From: a virus
Virus record (IMG/VR): IMGVR_UViG_3300032046_000013
Coordinates: 22,228-86,227 of that record
Reading direction: 5' to 3' (one strand)
Length of the DNA: 64,000 nucleotides
The notes beneath the pieces are model-generated. The model did no database searches, had not been told where the DNA came from, and worked only from the letters and a program-made list of their open reading frames with translations. The position numbers and the translations under genes are program-made. Below, one piece after another: positions 1 to 9,279 of this stretch; positions within the stretch are counted from its first letter, which is position 1, and every line of letters starts with the position of its first letter.

Positions 1-270
1 CAACTGGCCGACGAACTTCAGCTTCTCGTCCTGGGATTCAAAGGTATAATTCCCAACCCGCGTGAGCGAATGGGCGACGGTCAGAATCCGTAGCCGAGAT
101 TCCCGGGCCAGGAGGTCCAGACCTGAGCATCTGACTCGAATCTGAGCCTCGGTCTCCGCATCGAGCGTCCGCATCTCCACGGGCTGACCCAGGACCTGAA
201 ATTCGCGGGCGATCTTACCCACGAAGATTAGTTCGGTCAGCACCGAGTTCCATGCTTGTTCTTCAGCCAA
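1..270 (-). CDS. putative tail assembly chaperone (partial, runs off window)
   Basis: Open frame from TTG at 270 (MAEEQAWNSVLTELIFVGKIAREFQVLG...) after a GAAGGGG RBS, directly downstream of the tail tube gene. The function is inferred from position. Confidence 0.5.
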   Translation of the reverse strand, partial: MAEEQAWNSVLTELIFVGKIAREFQVLGQPVEMRTLDAETEAQIRVRCSGLDLLARESRLRILTVAHSLTRVGNYTFESQDEKLKFVGQL

Positions 271-298
271 TCACTCACCCCCTTCTGGCAAATAGTTG

Positions 299-790
299 TC
301 ACTCCACCCAACAAGGTTGTGTAATTGCAGTCTCGGAGACAGTAATTGTTCCAATATTTATGGGGCGGGTCCAATTCGTCAGCCAGTTCGCCAGATAGTA
401 AACCATCTGGGCCGAGTTAGCGTCCGCTGGATGGACTGACCGTTCCGTGATGTCGAACGGAATGTGCTGGCCGTTCAGACTGCGGAAATTCACCCGACCG
501 CCGGTGATCCGGTGCACCAGAGACTGCCGTCGACCGCCCTGGGAATACAGGGCGAAGCCCGTGATGTTTAGCGTCGGATCGTCCGGGGCCGGGGCCTGCT
601 CGATGATCCGGCCCGCGTCTTCTTTGTCCAGATGCCGAATCCGATCCGCCCGGCGCGTGTCCGTGAGCTGCAGGGACTGGATGAATCCGATGTTCGCCCC
701 CATTTCGTCCCAAACGTCAACGGTGGTGGAAATTAACGCCCTGTTCGTTTGAGGAATCGAAACTCCGTCACCGCGTGTTACCAATGGCAT
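299..790 (-). CDS. tail tube protein
   Basis: 163 aa beta-rich protein (IGFIQSLQLTD...NWLTNWTRPI...VSETAITQP) immediately after the sheath gene, the usual myophage order. Confidence 0.75.
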   Translation of the reverse strand: MPLVTRGDGVSIPQTNRALISTTVDVWDEMGANIGFIQSLQLTDTRRADRIRHLDKEDAGRIIEQAPAPDDPTLNITGFALYSQGGRRQSLVHRITGGRVNFRSLNGQHIPFDITERSVHPADANSAQMVYYLANWLTNWTRPINIGTITVSETAITQPCWVE

Positions 791-805
791 GATCTTCTCC
801 TTTCA

Positions 806-2545
806 TCAGGCCGCTGCCGCGAGCAAATCGAAGCTGTAGCGAAATTCGATCTCGCGGATGGTATAGACTGGTGTGTAAGCGAAATACACAATCACCTTAT
901 CCGGGAACAATGGATCAACTGTCGCACTCACGGTCTGGGGATTGTAATTGGTGATCAGTCCCAACTTCAGGAACCGCGCCAGGATATTCAGAGTCAATCG
1001 TTCGATCTGGGCACGGATCGACTCGATATTCTTCTGGCCCAAGAACTGCTGGAATGATTGGCGCAGGGATTGTCTCAGGAAATCCTCGACGAGTCCGATA
1101 GTGATGTCCTGATCTTCAAGACTTGCGAGGCTCGTGGTCAGGGCGTCCCGGACGATAAACACATTGGTCGAACCCTCCTGGGGACAGATCACACAGATGC
1201 CCGAGGCTCCCATGAAGTCCCGCTGAGCATTGTCGATTTCCCGACCTCCGGGATTGCCCAACTTGGAAATCCCCTGCACTCGTTTGCGGGTCACCGAAGT
1301 CGCCCGATCTGGCTGGGACGCGATCAGCCCAGCCACAGCGGCGGCTCCGAAACATCCATCCAGTTCTTCCTCGGCCACCACCCCGTCATCCCCCTGGGTG
1401 TAAGCATAGGGCCAAGGCGCAACATAAATCGCCCGGTTGTCATCCAGTTGCCGGGCCTCGTAGATCATCGTGCCCGAGGTGCTGGCATCTCCGATCATCG
1501 CACCCTTGGCTGGTCCGCCGACAACCCGCCGTTCCTTGTTATGGTTCGGGTCCGAGGCCAATCTACAATGCGCCAAGGCCGCAATCAGCACATCGAGATC
1601 ATCAGTCAGGGGCACCAATAATTCCAGGTCTTTGTTCGCCAGTAGATCGAATGCGGTCTCGAACGTGCCCAATGTCTCGTCCGGGATGGCCATGACCCAG
1701 CAATACTGGGCCTCGTTGCCCCGGCCCGAAGTCCCCATTGCGAGTGTCGCGGCCTTGGCGATCTTCGATCCCAAGCCGTAGTCGCTGATGATGTCGCTTA
1801 TCCGAGTGTAAAGCACGGGCGTGAAATACGCATAGGCTTTGCGCACGTAGTCCACGTAATACGTGGCTTCGGTCGGAGGACGCTTATACGCGGTGTTCGC
1901 CACGGGGAAGGTTTCGGCACTCGGGGTATCTCCCTCATCCGTGTAGGTGTTGGTGAACTCCCCGACCACGGTGGCGATCAGGCAGTTATCGTAAGGTCCG
2001 CCAGCGGCCAGTGCTCGCCACACTCGGTAAGCGTAGGCCCCGGGCACCGGATTCCATACGAGCGTGACCTTCGAGGTCGAACCCGTGGTCAGCACATGCA
2101 CTTCGTTGCTCTCCAGGGTCTCGCCCAATACCGGAGTCCCGCCGCCCAGATCGGTCACCCGTTGAGCCGTAACCACGTAGTAGTAGTCGTCTTCCGCGAG
2201 AGTCCCGCCCGTGGCCACGGCAGTCCCGCTCATTATGTAGGGTGCGGGAATGACCGTGGCGTTCCAGACGATGCTCGTCGGGTCCTCAAAAGTGTAATCG
2301 ATGTTTTGCAACCAGACCATGCCCCCGACTTCCTCGGATCGGATTTCGCTTATGCCCAGGATTTCCAGGGCTTCGGTCAGTGCATCGGGATACCCGGCTT
2401 CACCCCGGGTCACTTCCGAGGCCCGAACCGCTTCCTGACGGCCCAGGGACGTGCCGACAATAGCCAGACGGACGGCCAGACCAGCGGAAACCGCCGTGAT
2501 TTGTCCCTGCTGACGAATCGTTCTTACCTGCGGTGCACGATACAT
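806..2545 (-). CDS. contractile tail sheath protein with an inserted FN3-like domain
   Basis: 579 aa. It starts YRAPQVRT and has AAAVAGLIAS, SVTRKRVQG, IVRDALTT and a C-terminal YTPVYTIREI typical of sheath proteins. YYYVVTA...VTLVWNPVPGAYAYRVWR is FN3-like. Confidence 0.88.
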   Translation of the reverse strand: MYRAPQVRTIRQQGQITAVSAGLAVRLAIVGTSLGRQEAVRASEVTRGEAGYPDALTEALEILGISEIRSEEVGGMVWLQNIDYTFEDPTSIVWNATVIPAPYIMSGTAVATGGTLAEDDYYYVVTAQRVTDLGGGTPVLGETLESNEVHVLTTGSTSKVTLVWNPVPGAYAYRVWRALAAGGPYDNCLIATVVGEFTNTYTDEGDTPSAETFPVANTAYKRPPTEATYYVDYVRKAYAYFTPVLYTRISDIISDYGLGSKIAKAATLAMGTSGRGNEAQYCWVMAIPDETLGTFETAFDLLANKDLELLVPLTDDLDVLIAALAHCRLASDPNHNKERRVVGGPAKGAMIGDASTSGTMIYEARQLDDNRAIYVAPWPYAYTQGDDGVVAEEELDGCFGAAAVAGLIASQPDRATSVTRKRVQGISKLGNPGGREIDNAQRDFMGASGICVICPQEGSTNVFIVRDALTTSLASLEDQDITIGLVEDFLRQSLRQSFQQFLGQKNIESIRAQIERLTLNILARFLKLGLITNYNPQTVSATVDPLFPDKVIVYFAYTPVYTIREIEFRYSFDLLAAAA

Positions 2546-2563
2546 GTGATCCTCCTTCTCGAC

Positions 2564-3241
2564 TCACTGAATCGGTTCAATCCTGACTCTCGAAATGTCG
2601 GCGTTGATCTGAGAAATGTCCACGCCGTTAAAATAGAAATCATCGAACCATTCGCTCTCGACGGAAAAACCTAGTGTCCGCACATGCACGGCCTGGCCCA
2701 GTTTCTCCGGTTGTTCCACCGTCGGGGGTCCAGATTGACCAGAATTCGCTACCCACACGAATCCCTCTTTCATCAAAGACCAGCCCAGAGGTCCGACCAT
2801 CCCATACATCAGGAGATCATGCAGAATGTCCCGGTCGGGCGTGGTGAAGGCCCCGACTTTCAGGGTAGTCGAGAGCTTGAATCTCCCACCCAACCGCTCT
2901 CCGATCAGTCTTTCCGTCCCATCCTTCTGAAGGAAGCTCAGGGTTCCCATCTTCTTGGCCAGGAATAAATCCTGGAGATTCACCGTCGTGCCGGAGATTA
3001 TGACCGCTGGATAGTATTGCCGTTCGGTTCCCCATTCTTCCGCGATGTGGACTTTGTTCCAGAAATTCGCAGTTCGGGGATTCGTGTCGAAAAAAGCTCG
3101 CAACTGCGCTTGTAAGGTTTTAGTCCAGGTCTCAATAAACCCCAGGTAGAATGACAATAGTTGCTGGGATTCCGCGCCTTCCGGGGACTGCACCGGATAG
3201 GCGTAAGTTCCTTTATCCACCGTGTCTTTAGGTGCAAACAT
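2564..3241 (-). CDS. putative tail terminator/completion protein
   Basis: 225 aa with YPAVIIS and a beta-rich C-terminal half, immediately upstream of the sheath gene. Confidence 0.55.
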   Translation of the reverse strand: MFAPKDTVDKGTYAYPVQSPEGAESQQLLSFYLGFIETWTKTLQAQLRAFFDTNPRTANFWNKVHIAEEWGTERQYYPAVIISGTTVNLQDLFLAKKMGTLSFLQKDGTERLIGERLGGRFKLSTTLKVGAFTTPDRDILHDLLMYGMVGPLGWSLMKEGFVWVANSGQSGPPTVEQPEKLGQAVHVRTLGFSVESEWFDDFYFNGVDISQINADISRVRIEPIQ

Positions 3242-3243
3242 AA

Positions 3244-4026
3244 TTACCCCATGAGCACCCGTTCGCGTTTCCAGGGCACGATCCGCGCTCCCGAAAAATA
3301 AATATCCACCAATGAATAGGGCGAGATTTCAGACCAAGGAATTGAATATGCGCCCGCCATGTCGGTTTCCGTCGAATACAGCAGACTCGAAGTTCCTGCC
3401 CGATAAACCTGAATCTGAACTCCGGGTATTGCGTTTCCCCGGTCATCCCGCACCACATCGTAGAAAACGAAATCCGCCTTACTCAGAACTTCCGTGATCT
3501 GTTGGTAATCGAAAATCGTGTAGTTCGCGTCCAGGCCCGAGACCTTGAACGTGTATTGGCGATCCAGCGAGACCCCGATACTGACCGTCCCATTGGAGTT
3601 CACGATTATCGTCTGAAACTCCTCATCGAAGTATTCGATCAGAGCCTGTCCGCCAGCAGGCAGACCCTGAATGTCAAACAACAGAGTCGTCCTGGACGCC
3701 GAACGGTGCAAATCCGTGAGTTCAAGTGATCCATCTGGGTCCGTGATGAGTCGGGGAATGATCGCCGAAGGCGCGGATGTCTCTCCTCCAAGTTCGGCCA
3801 CGGCGAATATCAGAACTGGGCGGAGATCGAATTGACCTGCGGGAATTCCCGACAGATTGAGATTAACTACGCCTGGGCCGACGCAGCTCCCGACCTCAAC
3901 CACGGAAATCGAACTGGCTAGGGGATTGAATCCGCGAACTCGCGCCGTCGCTGTCGGATCAACCGAGCCGACAGTGACTGTCGCGGCCAGACCGGAACGA
4001 ATATAATTGGTCAGGGTTGGATTCAT
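3244..4026 (-). CDS. virion structural protein, beta-sandwich domains
   Basis: Likely start is ATG 4026 (MNPTLTNY), directly after the IsrB element end. The C-terminal VRDDRGNAIPGVQIQVY...TDMAGAYSI resembles a carboxypeptidase-regulatory-like Ig domain. Confidence 0.6.
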   Translation of the reverse strand: MNPTLTNYIRSGLAATVTVGSVDPTATARVRGFNPLASSISVVEVGSCVGPGVVNLNLSGIPAGQFDLRPVLIFAVAELGGETSAPSAIIPRLITDPDGSLELTDLHRSASRTTLLFDIQGLPAGGQALIEYFDEEFQTIIVNSNGTVSIGVSLDRQYTFKVSGLDANYTIFDYQQITEVLSKADFVFYDVVRDDRGNAIPGVQIQVYRAGTSSLLYSTETDMAGAYSIPWSEISPYSLVDIYFSGARIVPWKRERVLMG

Positions 4027-4055
4027 AAATAACTTGGCCCGGAAACCCGCTCCGT

Positions 4056-5078
4056 TTACGGGGCGGGAGGAAGGGCCACTCCTTTCCAGGTTCGCCAACT
4101 ATTGTAAGTTCGGAACCTGCAATCAGTCGGTTTTGCACTTTGGGTTAATCTCTGACCATCCACAATCCGATGCAGACTGATGCGTTGGCCCATCGTCCCG
4201 CCTACATATACAGTTCCGTATCGAGGATGCTCGATCAGGGAGCCACGCTTGAATCCCAAACTCCGGGTTCCGCCGTAGAGTTTTCTAATCCCGCCCTGGG
4301 CTGGTTGGAGCACATGAAGTTGCCGCCGGTGGAATCTCAGCGGAGCCATGCACAGAAGTTCCGTGTTGTCCGGTTTTATATGTCCGCCTGTCCAAGAGTT
4401 GGCGAGCACCCAGGAGTCAACGCAGTGGGCGGAGAACACTTCATCCAACTTTCCACCCGTCTTTTTCAGCCCAGCTTCGTCTCGTAATTCTCTCGTGTCG
4501 TAGCCCTGTTTTTTGTCCACCGGAGCCAGCTTGCTCAGTTCGGTATAGAACCAGGCTTTGCCGACTTCCAACGGCGAAAATGAGACATCCCACTTCCGTT
4601 TGCCTTTCGTCCGGGCCTTAATGTCCTCGACTACGAAGTGAGAGACCGGGAACAATTTCGACAATCCCTGCGCGATGCGAAGTTTAGCCTGCCACCGAGC
4701 GCGAGTCGAAGGTGGTAATGATCCTTTCGTCCGGTTAAATCGCGGTTGACGACAAGGCGTGTTCCGATTCCGCCGTGTCCTTCGTATCTCCCGCCGAGTT
4801 CTTACCGCACCCTTCACCCAGTCGACGGCCTGGGTCTGGATATTCAGATATGTATGTGCTTCCGACTTCACCGTGAACCCCTCGCGCTTGCTCCCCGGAT
4901 CAATCCCCACGGCAACTTCCTGGACTTCCCGGCCTGACGGCTCGACATTCAGCCGAACACAAAACACTCCTTTGCTGAAAAACGGTGTGGCTTTTCCGTC
5001 CTTGATCCACCGTCTAGCCCTTGACGGAGTGGTGGGCATCAAAGGCTTCTGCTGGCTATCCACTACTGGAACGAACAT
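4056..5078 (-). CDS. isrB: IsrB RNA-guided nickase (PLMP/RRXRR, split RuvC, no HNH)
   Basis: 340 aa with KPLMP, RuvC-I GIDPGSK, Arg-rich bridge helix RRTRRNR, RuvC-II VVEDIK, RuvC-III HCVDS and RRQLH. There is no HNH insertion. Confidence 0.88.
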   Translation of the reverse strand: MFVPVVDSQQKPLMPTTPSRARRWIKDGKATPFFSKGVFCVRLNVEPSGREVQEVAVGIDPGSKREGFTVKSEAHTYLNIQTQAVDWVKGAVRTRREIRRTRRNRNTPCRQPRFNRTKGSLPPSTRARWQAKLRIAQGLSKLFPVSHFVVEDIKARTKGKRKWDVSFSPLEVGKAWFYTELSKLAPVDKKQGYDTRELRDEAGLKKTGGKLDEVFSAHCVDSWVLANSWTGGHIKPDNTELLCMAPLRFHRRQLHVLQPAQGGIRKLYGGTRSLGFKRGSLIEHPRYGTVYVGGTMGQRISLHRIVDGQRLTQSAKPTDCRFRTYNSWRTWKGVALPPAP

Positions 5079-5311
5079 GATAAGTCTCCCTTCGGAGTTT
5101 CTACGGCCCTTCGCGGCTGACGGTCGAAGAGGTTGCAAACTAGGGCGGCATTCGCAACGTCCTGCGGGCTACCACGCCCAAAACCGTTCAGTTGGCTTCA
5201 ATCGACTGTTTCCAATCTTGCCCACGCTAGTCTCCCGTTTGCTCTTTTGGCTTTCAAGTTGGTAGCCCTACTCGCCAAAAGCCCCTTCCCTTTAGGGGAG
5301 GGGTGGTTTAC
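5079..5311 (-). ncRNA. omegaRNA scaffold of IsrB element 1
   Basis: About 230 nt of hairpin-rich non-coding sequence between the element end and isrB, the established position of omegaRNA. Boundaries are approximate. Confidence 0.7.
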
Positions 5312-5628
5312 TTATAATGTCCCTCTATACCCCAGACTACCAGACCACCGAGAAGTGTCGCTAGGGTCAATAGGATCGGCACCACAATCCATAAACTGCG
5401 TCGGGTTTCCCGGAAAGTCGGACACGGCGGATCGTGATGGATGTTTTCTTGCGCAATGTGCGCATGTAACCGCTCCTCGACCCGGATTACCGCATTATTG
5501 CTATCGATCATTGCCTGATGGGATGATTCCAATTTTGCATCAAACTGATCCATCCGATTGGATTGGCGTTGCTCCACCTGGTCGAGTTTGGCTTCCAACC
5601 GCGTAGCCAGTTCTTCGAGTTTGGTCAC
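5308..5628 (-). CDS. coiled-coil protein with C-terminal TM helix (holin-like candidate)
   Basis: GTG start overlaps the upstream TGA and has an AAGGAAGG RBS. A heptad N-terminus precedes the hydrophobic SLWIVVPILLTLATLLGGLVVWG segment. Confidence 0.5.
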   Translation of the reverse strand: MTKLEELATRLEAKLDQVEQRQSNRMDQFDAKLESSHQAMIDSNNAVIRVEERLHAHIAQENIHHDPPCPTFRETRRSLWIVVPILLTLATLLGGLVVWGIEGHYK

Positions 5629-6050
5629 GGCCTTCCTTTCAAAACGGGCTTCTGTCGGGACCTCAACCAATCCAGGGTCTCCTGCAATTTCGGTCTGACG
5701 TTCTCCGGTTTCCAACTGAGAACCCGAATTTCAACTTTATCCTCGGCGTCACACAGATGATCCGCCACTACCTGATGTTCCATGATTACCGCACATGCGG
5801 GTCTCGTTAATCTTTCTCTGAGACTTTGGTATTTTCCCAGATTCTGAATCTTCTGCGTGATCGGACACCTGGGACATTTTACACCCGCAATCCGGGTTTC
5901 CCGGTATTGGACACAAAGAGCACAACCATATCCATACCACGACTGGGCCAAACATTGCTCGGTAGCGCGAATCTGAACCAGCAGTTCCTCGTCTGGGGAT
6001 AACTTGGGGGGGGTCTGCCGGGAATTTAGCAATGATAAATAATCTTCCAT
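5625..6050 (-). CDS. hypothetical Cys-rich protein
   Basis: ATG 6050 (MEDYLSLL) directly follows the end of IsrB element 2. It has CALC and CPRCP motifs. Confidence 0.5.
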   Translation of the reverse strand: MEDYLSLLNSRQTPPKLSPDEELLVQIRATEQCLAQSWYGYGCALCVQYRETRIAGVKCPRCPITQKIQNLGKYQSLRERLTRPACAVIMEHQVVADHLCDAEDKVEIRVLSWKPENVRPKLQETLDWLRSRQKPVLKGRP

Positions 6051-6079
6051 AGAAAAATCGGCGAGGGAACCCGCTCCAT

Positions 6080-7093
6080 TCACGGGGCGGGAGGAATCGC
6101 CGCCTCCTTTCCGAGTCTTGTGATCCAATGTCCGCAGGCCCAAGCCAACTTCCGGGTTGACTGCCTGCGGCCCCGTTGATCGTAGTAGCGGTAGCCACCG
6201 CGATATTCGCCGCACAACCGACCCTGATTCCCGTCCGGGCGGCCTACCAGCAGTCCTTTCCGCAGTCCGAACACCGTGCCCTGGGAATATCGGGCGCGGA
6301 TTCCCCCTGGGGCTGGCTGGGTATCATGCAACTGCCGCCGCACTGGACGATACGTGTCGTCCACCACGATCATTCTTCCTGGCTCAATCCGCGAACCTTC
6401 GCCCGCTTCACAAGCTAAGGCCAGAGCATCCGAGCAATGAGCCTCGAACCGATCCGCATGTTTGTCCGCAATCTTCCGATAGCCGTATTGGAGCCGCAAG
6501 TCCTTCGTATCATAGCCCGCAAATTCATGCAGTTCAGCATGGGCCTCTATAAATTCCCGGATACGAGCCTTTCCGATCTCGACCGTGGAGAAGTTCGCAC
6601 CCCACCGTTTATGCGCATGGTCAAACCGCACGTCCTCTAATCCCACGGACTGAATCGGATAGCAGGAAAAAAACTTACGCAACATCTTCAACCGGGAGCC
6701 GACAATCATCGCCTGGGACGGGGCCAAAAATCCTGCGCGACTTCGGTTGTCGAACCGCTGGGGCCGTCTCCGACAATTACGGAACCTCCGCGCTCTTCGC
6801 AAATGCCGCCGTGCTTCCAACTTCTTCACCAATAACTTCTTGCTCGGCAAGTCCAACTTCACGGCCAAGTTGTTTTCCGTCCCGCACACCACGGCATAGC
6901 CCTCGAACTTCGTTCCGTGGTCCACCCCCAGCGTTGTTACCAGAGTCTCGTGTCGCGTCTCGACCAACATCTGAATCCCCATCTCGTTGAACCTGCTCCA
7001 CACGGGTTTCGCTACTCTGGCTCGCATCAGTTTCCTCGCCTTGGCAGGCGTCATGGGAGTCAATGGATGACCACCCTTGCTCACAACCCACAC
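6080..7093 (-). CDS. isrB: IsrB-like RNA-guided nickase (PLTP variant, no HNH)
   Basis: Has HPLTPM, GVDHGTK, RRARRFRNCRRR, GLEDVR, HCSDAL and RRQLH. The start codon is uncertain: GTG 7093 was chosen, and the frame is open to 7282. Confidence 0.8.
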   Translation of the reverse strand: MWVVSKGGHPLTPMTPAKARKLMRARVAKPVWSRFNEMGIQMLVETRHETLVTTLGVDHGTKFEGYAVVCGTENNLAVKLDLPSKKLLVKKLEARRHLRRARRFRNCRRRPQRFDNRSRAGFLAPSQAMIVGSRLKMLRKFFSCYPIQSVGLEDVRFDHAHKRWGANFSTVEIGKARIREFIEAHAELHEFAGYDTKDLRLQYGYRKIADKHADRFEAHCSDALALACEAGEGSRIEPGRMIVVDDTYRPVRRQLHDTQPAPGGIRARYSQGTVFGLRKGLLVGRPDGNQGRLCGEYRGGYRYYDQRGRRQSTRKLAWACGHWITRLGKEAAIPPAP

Positions 7094-7362
7094 CGAATGG
7101 TTGGCCAGTTTAACGCCGACATGCGGCCCGCGCTGGCCTCGCGGTAATCTCTCCTCGGGGTTGCGATCTGGGCTTAGCGAGCGATCTCGCATGGCATTCA
7201 GCGGTTCTGCCGAAGCGGGCACAACTGGAGAAGCATTGTGCCGTTCTTGAAGTAGTCCTGATCGCGTCTGCTGACTCCTCATCGTTTTCTCAGCCCCCTA
7301 GTCAACCCTTGCGTTGCAACCGCCGTCACAAGCCCGCTCCCTTCAGGGGGCGGGTGGTTGAC
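7094..7362 (-). ncRNA. omegaRNA scaffold of IsrB element 2
   Basis: Structured region between the element end and the PLTP N-terminus. Boundaries are approximate. Confidence 0.65.
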
Positions 7363-7369
7363 GTTGCTC

Positions 7370-8827
7370 CTACGTAGTATCAGAATAACCCCAGCCGATA
7401 ACATTGACCGTAATTCCCAATATGCCAGCAACGGTAGCCCACCATTCGATCCAATGATTATCCATCAACACGGGAATTATCATCGGGTTTTCGTTGTAGT
7501 ATAGAACCGAACGAACGGTGGCACCTTTGGCGTCCCCGGGTTTGCGAAATTCCACATTGGAAGTTCCGTCATAAGGGTTCCCGCTGAGCATGACTTCCAG
7601 GAAAGCCACAGTCGTTCCCTGGGGCGCAACGGCGGATAAATCCAGGATTTGCCAACCTTCCGAAGATTCAGTTAAGGCCGCATCCAACACCGTGAGAGCA
7701 ATCACGGACTCAGAGAAATCTGGCGGAGGCATTGGCAAGTCGCTTTGATTATGGACCAGATCGGAATACGATGGATAGCGAACATCAAAAGTATCGTCTG
7801 GCAGTAACCCATCTGCTTCAGGAGTGCCCATCACGGTAATTTCTTTGGTATCCTCATTATTGCCCGTGATAGTATATTGATGACCACGAATGATACCGGA
7901 GGTGACAACTACTATCAGATTCTTTAACGAATCGTCTGGATAGCCAGTCACGCTGTAAATGTGGGTGCTTGACACATTAGTAACCGTGTCCTGCGCATAA
8001 ACGCCTTCGTGCTGTAATACGAAACAATTCGGATTTACAGTGCCATGGTAAATCTCAACACAAGTTAATGTATCGAGGCTAAGAATCGGAGTTGAGAAAT
8101 CCATGTTGACCAATATCGGGTTTATCAGATTAAGAACCATGCCTGATTCGACCAGCAATCCATTGGTGCATTCGATTGCTCGATGGTTCGTGTCGACATT
8201 GAGAATCATGGGCAAAACCAGACTCAATATCGGTTTAATGTTCGCTTTTTTACTGATCGCCACCGCCGCGCCAGTATTACCCAAGCCGAATATGCTTTCG
8301 AGGGCATAGATAGTCCCTCCTGAACACAGAAGGGAATTAACGCAGGTGCCACTCATGATTCCCGAAGCCACCACCCGATGAATCAGAATCTGTGCTCCAG
8401 ACCGGACTTCGATCAGGGCTGGTTTATTAACCGTATTGCCGGTCACCATATTTAATAGCGTAAAATATTTGCCTGAACCTGGATCGATGGTAATAAGATT
8501 TACCCCGGTATTGGATGTGCCTACCAGATATGCACCATCTTCAAATTTGAGAATCGCATGATCGTGTGCGGCGGTGATCGATAGGTCCTCGGCGTATTTA
8601 CCAGGACAGACCAGAACCTGGGGCCATTTACCCGAGGCTCGCAAAATGGCTGTGCGGGCCAGACCCTGGGTGATCGTCGGATAATGGTTAAGTTCGTCAT
8701 CGGCCTCGAATGTCGGAGAGACCTCGATGAACGCATCGGAAGGACAACCCCCTGGACCAGGAACTCCCCTGGGACCCCGAGGCCCTTCGGGACCCGAAGT
8801 CAGTTCTGGAATGTTGATAACCGGCAT
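7370..8827 (-). CDS. virion fibre/spike-like protein (short collagen repeat, beta-helix-like region)
   Basis: Has GPEGPRGPRGVPGPGG and YPTITQG...VLVCPGKYAEDLSI, a pectin-lyase-like beta-helix start. GC is lower than in the flanks. Confidence 0.55.
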   Translation of the reverse strand: MPVINIPELTSGPEGPRGPRGVPGPGGCPSDAFIEVSPTFEADDELNHYPTITQGLARTAILRASGKWPQVLVCPGKYAEDLSITAAHDHAILKFEDGAYLVGTSNTGVNLITIDPGSGKYFTLLNMVTGNTVNKPALIEVRSGAQILIHRVVASGIMSGTCVNSLLCSGGTIYALESIFGLGNTGAAVAISKKANIKPILSLVLPMILNVDTNHRAIECTNGLLVESGMVLNLINPILVNMDFSTPILSLDTLTCVEIYHGTVNPNCFVLQHEGVYAQDTVTNVSSTHIYSVTGYPDDSLKNLIVVVTSGIIRGHQYTITGNNEDTKEITVMGTPEADGLLPDDTFDVRYPSYSDLVHNQSDLPMPPPDFSESVIALTVLDAALTESSEGWQILDLSAVAPQGTTVAFLEVMLSGNPYDGTSNVEFRKPGDAKGATVRSVLYYNENPMIIPVLMDNHWIEWWATVAGILGITVNVIGWGYSDTT

Positions 8828-9150
8828 CACATATTCCTGCCCATGACCTGAATCGAGAAATTGGATGGTGTAACGGCCACGACCCGCATCCGCCATTTCT
8901 GAAGTGCGTAGGAAACGAAGAGGATCGTCGGTTCGGCCTGGCCCGTCACGGCCTGATTAAACGCATCCGTCCGCCATTGGTCATCCAGCCACAGATCGAA
9001 ATAGATGTCGAGATCAACATCGGTCACGACGAATATCGAAAAGGGCAGAAGCACTCCCTCGGACATCAGGATCGGATTGGACGTATAGGTTCCAGCATCC
9101 CTCGCGGCCAAGGGAAAAATCGGTCCACCGTCCATAAAAATCTCAGGCAA
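8827..9150 (-). CDS. small beta-rich structural protein
   Basis: GGAGGAGG RBS before TTG 9150. The sequence AARDAGTYTSNPI...KWRMRVVA is beta-rich. Confidence 0.5.
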   Translation of the reverse strand: MPEIFMDGGPIFPLAARDAGTYTSNPILMSEGVLLPFSIFVVTDVDLDIYFDLWLDDQWRTDAFNQAVTGQAEPTILFVSYALQKWRMRVVAVTPSNFSIQVMGRNM

Positions 9151-9279
9151 GGTTTTATCCTCCTCCTCCACAAAGCGACTCAGGGACCTTAGACTCCTGA
9201 GAGTTTCCGAGAGTCCGAGCGAGCACATTCAATTTGCTTTCGGTAGCAAATTCTAGGGATATTTTTGCTGAACGAATCA

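Larger units (their letters stand above)
4027..5311 (-). mobile_element. IS200/IS605-family non-autonomous IsrB (OMEGA) element 1
   Basis: Minus-strand 5' end GTAAACCACCCC...CCCCTAAAGGGAAGGGGCTT hairpin. The 3' end hairpin CCCGCCCCGTAAACGGAGCGGG is followed by ATGA. The element encloses isrB. Confidence 0.85.
6051..7362 (-). mobile_element. IS200/IS605-family non-autonomous IsrB (OMEGA) element 2
   Basis: Minus-strand 5' end GTCAACCACCCGCCCCCTGAAGGGAGCGGGCTTG. The 3' hairpin CCCGCCCCGTGAATGGAGCGGG is followed by ATGG. Confidence 0.85.

Noticed and set aside
4056-7093. IscB or Cas9-like nucleases
   Set aside because: Both proteins are about 340 aa and lack the HNH insertion between RuvC-II and RuvC-III, which fits IsrB.
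9231-9252. Hairpin AATTTGCT-TTCGGT-AGCAAATT as a third late motif
   Set aside because: It does not match the 49-bp repeat and is at most a local terminator or processing stem.
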